Virus record (IMG/VR): IMGVR_UViG_3300049215_000070
Length of the DNA: 42,276 bases
Direction: 5' to 3' (one strand)
DNA from: a virus
Lineage: Duplodnaviria; Heunggongvirae; Uroviricota; Caudoviricetes
Each line of letters begins with the position of its first letter. Position 1 is the stretch's first letter. A program made the position numbers and the translations under genes. The notes below the pieces were generated by a model. The model was not told where the DNA came from, ran no database searches, and was given only the letters and a program-made list of their open reading frames with translations. Below are positions 18,193-25,688 of this stretch, one piece after another.

Positions 18193-19323
18193 ATGTCAAA
18201 CACACCCGATGAACGTTCAGTCAAGATCGCTAAACTCCACGCCAAGGGCCTTTCCCAAAGGGAAATAGCCAAAAAACTCGGCATCGCGCAAAGCACCGTC
18301 TCGGAGCGCCTCAAAAAAGTAGGCGGCTCATTCCCCGCACCAGACGGGCATTACGTCAAAGCAACCTCCACCCTTTACAGCCCAGACGGCGAGATCAAGC
18401 TTCAGTGGGTGAAATCTAGCCTAGATGAAGAGGCGCGTCAAGCAGCAGAGAAGGCCGCATTTGCGGCACTGTGCGAGACGCTGCCACGGTATGTGCCGAC
18501 CAACGGCCCCGGGCACACCGACGCGGAGCTTGCGAACCTGTACGTGTTTACAGATTGTCACGTAGGCATGCTGGCATGGGGCAAGGAAACCGGGGACGAC
18601 TGGGACACGGGAATCGCTGAGCGCACGCTGATTCGAACTTTCGAGGCAATGATCGCGGGCAGCCCCAAGGCGCGGGTTGCTATAATTGGGCAGATGGGGG
18701 ATTTTTTGCATTTTGACGGTTTACTGGCCGTTACCCCCACATCCAAGCACGTACTTGACGCCGACAGCCGATTCTCAAAAATTGTCAAGATCGCGATACG
18801 GGTGCTGCGGTACATCATCGACATGGCGCTTCTCAATCACGAGGAGGTCCACGTCGTCATGGCGGACGCGAATCACGACCCGGCGAGCCAGGTTTGGCTG
18901 CGGCACATGTTCACCGCGCTGTACGAGAACGAGCCGCGCGTCAAGGTCAACGACAGCGAAAAGCCTTTCTATGCGTACCAGCACGGCGAAACCATGATCG
19001 GGTTTCACCACGGGCACACGCTGAAAAAAGAAAAGCTCCCGCTGCTGCTTGCCACGCTGTACCCCAAGATGTGGGGCAACACGCTCAAGCGATACTGCCA
19101 CACCGGTCATCTGCACACGGTGGACGAGGTCGAGGCCAACGGCATGAAGATCGTGCAGCATCCCACTATTGCCGCCAAGGACGCGTACGCGGTTCGTAAC
19201 GGCTGGGTAAGTCAGCGACAAGCATCATGCATTACCTATCACCAGTCTTATGGCGAAGTCGGTCGCACCGTCGTCTGCCCCGAGATGTTCGAGACAATTA
19301 ATGGACCCACAAACCCTCATTGA
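18193..19323 (+). CDS. Calcineurin-like metallophosphoesterase with N-terminal HTH
   Basis: HTH (GLSQREIAKKLGIAQSTVSERL); DCHVG, GDFLH, ANHD, HHGH, GHLH metal motifs. Confidence 0.85.
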   Translation: MSNTPDERSVKIAKLHAKGLSQREIAKKLGIAQSTVSERLKKVGGSFPAPDGHYVKATSTLYSPDGEIKLQWVKSSLDEEARQAAEKAAFAALCETLPRYVPTNGPGHTDAELANLYVFTDCHVGMLAWGKETGDDWDTGIAERTLIRTFEAMIAGSPKARVAIIGQMGDFLHFDGLLAVTPTSKHVLDADSRFSKIVKIAIRVLRYIIDMALLNHEEVHVVMADANHDPASQVWLRHMFTALYENEPRVKVNDSEKPFYAYQHGETMIGFHHGHTLKKEKLPLLLATLYPKMWGNTLKRYCHTGHLHTVDEVEANGMKIVQHPTIAAKDAYAVRNGWVSQRQASCITYHQSYGEVGRTVVCPEMFETINGPTNPH

Positions 19324-22300
19324 CAAATACCGCGGCGTTCTTGGGCTTACCGGGCACGCCGCTCAGTCCACCGCAGCGAACATCGCGGGCGGACTTGTGG
19401 GCCTTGGAAACCTTCCCAGAGGCATAGACGCCGCTGAGTCTGCCCGTCAGCTGATTACCGACAAGCTTTCCCCAGGAGAACCCGACTCGCAAACCATTGG
19501 CCTGATACGGGACATCGCCCCGGCCTACCTGGCCGCGGCGCGCAGCCCGGTCGCCAAGGCGGCGCACGCCGTCGGGGACGCGTACGACAAAAGCGTCGAC
19601 ACCTACGCCGACTTAGCGTCGCGCTACCTGGGCGCCCCGGCTGGGGGTGAGGTGGCCGCATTGGGCGCCGCGCTGCCAAACGCCGCCTTTCCTGAATCAA
19701 AAGCCGCCAAAGCCACCGAGTACGCCGCCCCCGCCGCCGAATTGCTGAGCAAGTACCCGGCGACCCCGGTGCTGCCAGACGGCTCGACCCTGCGCACGCT
19801 GGCCCGTGAGGGCGCCGCAAACGCCCGCAGAGCCGACGAAGGCTTACCCCCTCCCGATGTGCTCGCAAGCGATTTCGCAGGCAGGCAGGCCGCGCACGAG
19901 GGCGCCGTGGCGCAACGTAACGCGGACCCGGCGTACATCAAGGCCAAGGTACCGGCCACGAGCGTAGACCCGTCATTGTACCCATCTAGTTTTAGCCCGC
20001 CGGACAACGCGGAGGCGTACGTCGCCATGGATCCGCAAACCGGGCAGCACATCGGGCATGTGACGTTCGTCAAGCGCGGTGACGGCGTATCCAGCTTGCG
20101 CATGGACGTCGCCCCCACTTATCAGGGGCAGGGCATCGGCAGCGACTTGCTGAATGACGCCATTGCAAACGCGCACGACCAGGGCCTGCCGTACCGGTCA
20201 GACACTCAGGTAAGTGTTCCGGCAGCCAAAACTTACAGCAAGCTTCCCGGGGCGATCCGCAACGAGGACGTGGATCACATGATTGACCCGAATGACGGTC
20301 ACGTCGGGGTATCCAGCAACGGTCGCGCGGTGTTTGAGATTCCGCCGAGTGCGGATGCGGACGACGCGACACCGGACGAGATGCCGCACTTCAACCCGAA
20401 CAGCTACATCGGCAGCCAGGCGTACGCCGAGGGCGGTGAGGTTGCGCCTGCATTGGGGGACATTGGCGACCTGATTGCGCGCTACGCAACCAAACCGCTG
20501 CCCGGGTTACCTGCCAAGGTGCAGGTGCCGGGAGTTGGCGGACTAGAGGTTGGTCCAAACCCCAAAATCCGCCAGGTAGCGCAAAATTACATGGACGAGG
20601 TCGGAATCAAAAACCCGCCTCAGCCCATTTACGCCAAGGCCGACCCGGTGCGCGGTAAAGCGATTGCCGCCGCCTACGACGCCGCGCAGCACAACCCCAG
20701 CGACCCGGACGTCAAGGCCTCGTACGACGCGCTTATCAAGGAAACCTTGGCGCAGTATCAGCACATCAAAAACGCAGGACTTAAGGTAGATCTTATTCAG
20801 CCCGGTCAGGCTGACCCGTACGCCGCCTCGCCGCGACTCGCGGTAGAGGATATCAACCGCAACAACCACATGTGGGTATTCCCGACGTCAAGCGGATTCG
20901 GTACCGAGGGCGCGGCGCCGATGGATCACCCACTGCTGGCGGATAGCGGCGAAACAATTAGCGGGCAACCCGCAACCGCGAACGACATTTTTCGGGTAGT
21001 TCACGATTATTTTGGGCACGCCAAGGAAGGAGTCGGATTTCGCGCCGATGGCGAAGAGAACGCCTGGAATCAGCACGCGCGCATGTACTCGGATCTAGCC
21101 AAACCGGCGATGACCGCAGAGACGCGCGGGCAGAACAGCTGGGTGAACTTTGGTCCTCACGCCGACGCGAACAAAGGCGCGAGCGCCGCCAGCACCGTGT
21201 ACGCACCGCAGAAGGCTGTCATTTTGCCGGATGTTTACAATGATCCCGACGCCGGACGGACGATGGATTTTTTGCACATGTCCAACCTGACAGACCCGCA
21301 GGTTACGCTTGACCCTGCGGCGTACGGCACAGGCATGAAAGGCGCTGAGGCGCGCAGGGGCGGAACCAAAACCATCAGCCTGTACCCTGCGAACATAGAC
21401 CCCAAGGATATCGAGCTGCCGCTGCAAGGAAAAACACCGTACCGTGTCTCGGTTCCCGCGAGCCAGATGTACGACATGTCGAACGATCCGCTAGGATACC
21501 GCTCGATAACGCCCAGCTACAGCGACGCCGAGGACGCCATCAGGGGTGCGGGATGGGCCGGGTATTACACACCGGATCACGAAGACCCAAGACAGCGCGG
21601 GCAGGCGCGGCTGTTTGTGCCGACGACCGCGACACGCCTTGACCCCATTGACGCGCCCGGGCCAACGAAAGCCGCCGCAGCGAAAAGCAGCGGCTTGTAC
21701 GACGACACACTGGACACCTCAGATTTCTCTACCGGTGGCCTGGTTCAAAAATACGCCGACGGAGGTGAGGCAGCGGTCGCGCTCGATGATGTCGCAAACC
21801 TTATCGCCAAGTACGGCAAAGATGCCGCCCCAGCGCAAGCGGAGCATCTCGCGAATGCGGTCTCCGAGAACGGCTCCGCTACCTACAACCCAACCACCGG
21901 AGACGTCCACAGCAGCGGCTACGCCGTTCCGCACGATATTAGCCGCAGTGTCGCCCTAGACGCGCCGCCTACCGCGGGCGACATCCATGACTTCATGCTG
22001 CAAAACCAGGACGCATTCGACAACCCGAAGGCGGCAGTTCACGTCGAGAGCGACGGTAACGGCAATCACTTCATCCACGTCGCTCACGTCGAGCCAGATT
22101 TTGATAGCGCAATGGCTGCCGCCAAGGCATTCGACGCGCCGGGAGTACGCGAGCTTCATACTGGCAACAATTTTCCTGCTGATGGTCCCGCCGGGATCAG
22201 CGATGATGCGGATACGGGGATAGAGGATTACTTGGCGGGATCAAAGATACCAGAGACAAACCTACCGGCGGAACTGGACACAGAGCGCAATCAGAGACCA

Positions 22301-23410
22301 AGGACGGCGTGGAAATATGGGAAGCCAACGGTTGATCCTGCGCAACGGGTGGCTTTTCCGGGGATCTACAATGATCCTCGTCAGGTGATTCAGGATGCGA
22401 ATTCAATGGTTGGTCCAGAAGAACCTCTGCTTGAGAGATTATTCGGCGTAAATCGTCAAGATCTATCCGACATCGCATTAGGTCGGCAAGGAAACGAAAT
22501 CGGGACTCTTCCTGGGGCAAAGCCTGGATCGACTGGAGCCGCCTCAGCGCGAGCAGTAATGACTCCGCAGAACGAGCAGCGTCTGATAGACGTTCTGAAC
22601 GAAGCTCGTGGAACGCCGTTACACACGGGTATGACTGGTTGGTATTCAATGGACCCTCTCTATGAAAGATTTAGGCAAATATTTGGTGACGAGGACGCGC
22701 CAGCTAAGTACCAGCAATTCAATACTCTTTCTGGAATGGCGTCTCCGGGGTCAGACGTGGGAACTGAGATTGCGCGGGGGACATCTGCAAATTGGCTGCA
22801 AAACCAGGGACGCTTTGCTGATTTCCTAAAGTACTCTGGGGTTGCAAACGATGAGCGGGCAGGGATTCGCGATTACCCTCAGGATATTCTCGATGTTCCT
22901 GGGCATGCGTACCACAAGACGGCGCATGCTCTGCCAATGAGCCAGTACCTGTCTTCTGGTGAGATCCAGATGAAGTCCCCGAAGGTTCCAATGTACATTG
23001 GGGCATCAGGGGTACCAGAGACTGGATTTCAATCAGATATGCCAGTAGGCGACGCCCACTGGGCGCGCGGAGTAGGTCTAGCCGATACCCGGAACCCTCG
23101 CACTTTGAAAGGAGAAAGCATCGTCCCGGGTTCGTCGGCATCGACTCCAGAAATGCAGACACTTGGTCCTTGGTGGCGAGATCGGGTGGCAGCTCAAGCC
23201 GGATATGGAGCCGTTCCAGCTCAGGCGACCGCTTGGGGGGTTTTCGCGCCGTATACAGGCGTAACATCCAACATAGGGGCGCCGAAACTAGAGATACTAT
23301 CGACTCAGATAGGAAAACTAGCCCAACGGCTAGGGGTATCACCAGAAACAGCCAGGGATCTTGTGATCCAGGGTAAAGCAGGGGCGTACTCATCAGGAGG
23401 CTCCGTCTAG
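19301..23410 (+). CDS. Large polyvalent protein (~1369 aa): GNAT + HDxxxH zincin-like + ART-like + SAM-lyase-like + HhH-glycosylase-like modules
   Basis: Start reassigned to ATG 19301. GNAT motif A (DVAPTYQGQGIGSDLL), HDYFGH..GEE, H.S..YGTG..GAE, GYAV, VGDAHWAR..QATAW. Confidence 0.75.
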   Translation: MDPQTLIDKYRGVLGLTGHAAQSTAANIAGGLVGLGNLPRGIDAAESARQLITDKLSPGEPDSQTIGLIRDIAPAYLAAARSPVAKAAHAVGDAYDKSVDTYADLASRYLGAPAGGEVAALGAALPNAAFPESKAAKATEYAAPAAELLSKYPATPVLPDGSTLRTLAREGAANARRADEGLPPPDVLASDFAGRQAAHEGAVAQRNADPAYIKAKVPATSVDPSLYPSSFSPPDNAEAYVAMDPQTGQHIGHVTFVKRGDGVSSLRMDVAPTYQGQGIGSDLLNDAIANAHDQGLPYRSDTQVSVPAAKTYSKLPGAIRNEDVDHMIDPNDGHVGVSSNGRAVFEIPPSADADDATPDEMPHFNPNSYIGSQAYAEGGEVAPALGDIGDLIARYATKPLPGLPAKVQVPGVGGLEVGPNPKIRQVAQNYMDEVGIKNPPQPIYAKADPVRGKAIAAAYDAAQHNPSDPDVKASYDALIKETLAQYQHIKNAGLKVDLIQPGQADPYAASPRLAVEDINRNNHMWVFPTSSGFGTEGAAPMDHPLLADSGETISGQPATANDIFRVVHDYFGHAKEGVGFRADGEENAWNQHARMYSDLAKPAMTAETRGQNSWVNFGPHADANKGASAASTVYAPQKAVILPDVYNDPDAGRTMDFLHMSNLTDPQVTLDPAAYGTGMKGAEARRGGTKTISLYPANIDPKDIELPLQGKTPYRVSVPASQMYDMSNDPLGYRSITPSYSDAEDAIRGAGWAGYYTPDHEDPRQRGQARLFVPTTATRLDPIDAPGPTKAAAAKSSGLYDDTLDTSDFSTGGLVQKYADGGEAAVALDDVANLIAKYGKDAAPAQAEHLANAVSENGSATYNPTTGDVHSSGYAVPHDISRSVALDAPPTAGDIHDFMLQNQDAFDNPKAAVHVESDGNGNHFIHVAHVEPDFDSAMAAAKAFDAPGVRELHTGNNFPADGPAGISDDADTGIEDYLAGSKIPETNLPAELDTERNQRPRTAWKYGKPTVDPAQRVAFPGIYNDPRQVIQDANSMVGPEEPLLERLFGVNRQDLSDIALGRQGNEIGTLPGAKPGSTGAASARAVMTPQNEQRLIDVLNEARGTPLHTGMTGWYSMDPLYERFRQIFGDEDAPAKYQQFNTLSGMASPGSDVGTEIARGTSANWLQNQGRFADFLKYSGVANDERAGIRDYPQDILDVPGHAYHKTAHALPMSQYLSSGEIQMKSPKVPMYIGASGVPETGFQSDMPVGDAHWARGVGLADTRNPRTLKGESIVPGSSASTPEMQTLGPWWRDRVAAQAGYGAVPAQATAWGVFAPYTGVTSNIGAPKLEILSTQIGKLAQRLGVSPETARDLVIQGKAGAYSSGGSV

Positions 23411-23619
23411 CTTATCTGTGGTATCAGACTGTGATCGCAATTTAAGCGAAGCCGATTTGACTTTCTCTTTCGTGACCCCGGCACCGTCATGCCAAACATC
23501 AATGCAGACCGGCAAGTCAACCCGCTAAACATTAATCGACACCGAGATACCGGACCTGGCGTGTCGCACACGTCACATACTGGCGACTGATACAAGCCAG
23601 CCCATACTGCCTCTCTCAT
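23407..23619 (-). CDS. Hypothetical protein with CxxC
   Basis: Starts 4 nt after the upstream stop; its TAG shares the CTAG palindrome with the TAG of the polyvalent gene. Confidence 0.4.
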   Translation of the reverse strand: MREAVWAGLYQSPVCDVCDTPGPVSRCRLMFSGLTCRSALMFGMTVPGSRKRKSNRLRLNCDHSLIPQIS

Positions 23620-23623
23620 GGCT

Positions 23624-23836
23624 TCACTTCTCCGCTCCGGGGTTGGCCTTAGAGCGCGACTGAACCGCATCTGCAGCCGCGTCATTAATCATATCTAGCA
23701 TCATGTCGTCAGACTGATTTACAAGCTTCGACCAGCGTCGGTATTGACACATACAAAAAAAAGAAAACGCCACAAAATACGCGGCGTGAAAAGCCACTAC
23801 GCCGCACCAAAAACCGACCCAAAACAAATCATGCAT
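23624..23836 (-). CDS. Hypothetical membrane protein
   Basis: AGGAG SD 6 nt before ATG 23836; N-terminal TM segment. Confidence 0.6.
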   Translation of the reverse strand: MHDLFWVGFWCGVVAFHAAYFVAFSFFCMCQYRRWSKLVNQSDDMMLDMINDAAADAVQSRSKANPGAEK

Positions 23837-23837
23837 A

Positions 23838-24095
23838 TCAATCTCCTGTTGACTCATCCCTCACCGCAATTGGATTTATGTATCGAAACTCGTACTCTTG
23901 CGTGGCCCGGTTAAAGCTGAAATCTACGCTTGCGCCTCTGATTTGCTCGATAACCGCCACGGGTACGGAGAATAACCGATCCGGCTGGGTAAAAGCAATA
24001 GCGGCCATGATTGACATCATGTCGCGAAGGCGCACCTCCATCTCGACCACGCTCTGCGTCAGCTCGCCCGCGGTCGGGAATTTTGTTTTTTCCAT
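23838..24095 (-). CDS. Hypothetical protein (85 aa)
   Basis: Natural composition, tightly packed with neighbours. Confidence 0.65.
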   Translation of the reverse strand: MEKTKFPTAGELTQSVVEMEVRLRDMMSIMAAIAFTQPDRLFSVPVAVIEQIRGASVDFSFNRATQEYEFRYINPIAVRDESTGD

Positions 24096-24162
24096 TACGG
24101 GGTACCTACCGCAGGGTCGGTGTCATCTACGGTGGGATCTTCATCAATAAACCACATGTCGC

Positions 24163-24184
24163 AAAAAAGGCACGGAATCATGCC
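24163..24184 (-). terminator. Possible intrinsic terminator (GGCATG-attc-CGTGCC-TTTTTT)
   Basis: 6-bp stem with one G-U pair followed by T6 on the minus strand. Overlaps an alternative 51-aa Cys-rich ORF (24250-24095). Confidence 0.4.
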
Positions 24185-24264
24185 GTTTTCATTTGGCTTA
24201 CCGGCTAAAAATCGAGGGCACGGGCTGGCGCACACGTTATCCGCGAACACGATAAATACCCCAA

Positions 24265-24507
24265 TTATTCATACCTTGCCCCTTTGAATTTGCATGCTTT
24301 GCATTTTACGCGCAGTTTTGTAGGGCTGACGGACTCAACCTGCCCCGTATCATAAAGCATCCCGCCGCACTCTGGGCACAGCAGCCCGTTTGTGTAGGCC
24401 TCTGGTCTTGACACCCTGTCGCGCACATCGTGCCAGTAAGCTTCTCTGCGCGCGTTCCAGTGGTTGAGGTTGGTCTTTGTGTCTACGACGGCAAATCTCC
24501 AGTTCAT
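24265..24507 (-). CDS. Zinc-ribbon protein
   Basis: CPECGG...CKAC; ATGA overlap with upstream mini-gene. Confidence 0.65.
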   Translation of the reverse strand: MNWRFAVVDTKTNLNHWNARREAYWHDVRDRVSRPEAYTNGLLCPECGGMLYDTGQVESVSPTKLRVKCKACKFKGARYE

Positions 24508-24602
24508 TTGGCCGCACCAATCGCCAATCCCATTACCAGACCGCACGCGACCGCGGCAATGTAAAACAGCCACAGCAGCGTCGTCTTCATGAATGGCGTC
24601 AT
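24504..24602 (-). CDS. 32-aa single-TM peptide
   Basis: AGGAGG SD; MTPFMKTTLLWLFYIAAVACGLVMGLAIGAAK. Confidence 0.6.
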   Translation of the reverse strand: MTPFMKTTLLWLFYIAAVACGLVMGLAIGAAK

Positions 24603-24610
24603 ATTTCCTC

Positions 24611-25036
24611 CTAAAATTTGAAGCGTAGACCCACCGACAAGTTGTGAGCGACGTATCCGGTCTCGACCCCGATGCTTATTGCCTCCCATCCGGTAATGAC
24701 CGCAGAGGGCACGTCGTTTGATACCATTTCATAAGTAATCGCGGCATGAAGCCCCGCCACCGCCAACCCGTAGGCGGCAATCGTACCGGCGCTGGGGCGC
24801 GACCCTAGCAGCGGATTGTACTCGACAAACTGCGTCGCCGGACGGTACCTGATGTCGTTCGTGGTCAACATGTCCGCCAGAAGCGCGGCGTCGAAAGCGT
24901 ACTCCAGCTTGGGCTGCGTCTCAAAAAAATTCCCGTAGTGATCGTCGGCCTTAGCCTGACCGCAAAGAAACACAAGCAGCAAAATCATCGCACCCATGGC
25001 GATCACGTTTTCGATAAAAGTATCACGGCTATTCAT
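24611..25036 (-). CDS. Exported/membrane protein with signal peptide
   Basis: AAGGAG SD; hydrophobic signal ending A-K-A; AD..TT...E.NP.LG.RPS motif; ends ...GLRFKF. Confidence 0.75.
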   Translation of the reverse strand: MNSRDTFIENVIAMGAMILLLVFLCGQAKADDHYGNFFETQPKLEYAFDAALLADMLTTNDIRYRPATQFVEYNPLLGSRPSAGTIAAYGLAVAGLHAAITYEMVSNDVPSAVITGWEAISIGVETGYVAHNLSVGLRFKF

Positions 25037-25217
25037 GTCATCTCTCCTTGGTTATTACGCACATATATCCTAACACAGTGGCTGGAGAAGGCCTTAAACG
25101 AGCACAAGCTACCCCAGACCCATACCGGCATCGCCTGGGATGCCAGGGCTGAGAAAAGGCCTGCAGCAAGCGGCCTAAGGGTACCGGCGGTGAAATGTTA
25201 TGAGCGCTCAACGCCGA

Positions 25218-25688
25218 CTATCCAATCAAGCCCTTGGGCCGGTCATCACCTTCAGTGTACGTTTTCGAGTATAGCTGCAGCATTCGCACGTTACAGGCGA
25301 CATGCGCCAGGTGAGGCAAACCAGACTCAGGGTCCAGTTCTTCGCCGCGCTGCCACGCCGCCAAATGCCGCTGGATGCACGCAAAAGGAATCGACCAGGC
25401 CATACCTTTTGTCCAGTTCCAGGCGGCGTATTTTTTCTTTCCGTACTCCCACACCCGGGCTTCATCTTCGAGCGTCACCAAAGGGATCAGGCTAAAATCA
25501 GGCTTGCCAGCGTTGTAGCGGGCGCCGCTTCCTTTCTCTTTGCTGTTGACGTCACCGACACCCGCAACCTGCGACTGAGAAATCAATGTAGGCGATAGCG
25601 CCTCAATCGCAATCACACCGGGAATTACCGTGGTTGATTTCAGCGCCTCTTTGTAGGCGTCGTATCCGGCGTCTCCTGCTATGCTCAT
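25218..25688 (-). CDS. dATP/dGTP diphosphohydrolase-domain protein (DUF5664-type)
   Basis: G.RYN.GKPD.SLIP, YG..KY..WNW.KG, RHL.AW..GE..DPESGL.HLAH..CN. Confidence 0.9.
   Translation of the reverse strand: MSIAGDAGYDAYKEALKSTTVIPGVIAIEALSPTLISQSQVAGVGDVNSKEKGSGARYNAGKPDFSLIPLVTLEDEARVWEYGKKKYAAWNWTKGMAWSIPFACIQRHLAAWQRGEELDPESGLPHLAHVACNVRMLQLYSKTYTEGDDRPKGLIG

Noticed and set aside
22197-23393. Minus-strand ORFs of 150 aa and 224 aa opposite the C-terminal module, one with a hydrophobic N-terminus
   Set aside because: No SD or promoter found, and the plus frame carries conserved-looking enzyme motifs. Not fully excluded as overprinted genes.
25201-25210. TGAGCGCTCA, the core of the symmetric lac operator
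   Set aside because: Only the 10-bp core matches, the flanks do not, and no LacI-family gene is present. Likely chance or part of an RNA hairpin.
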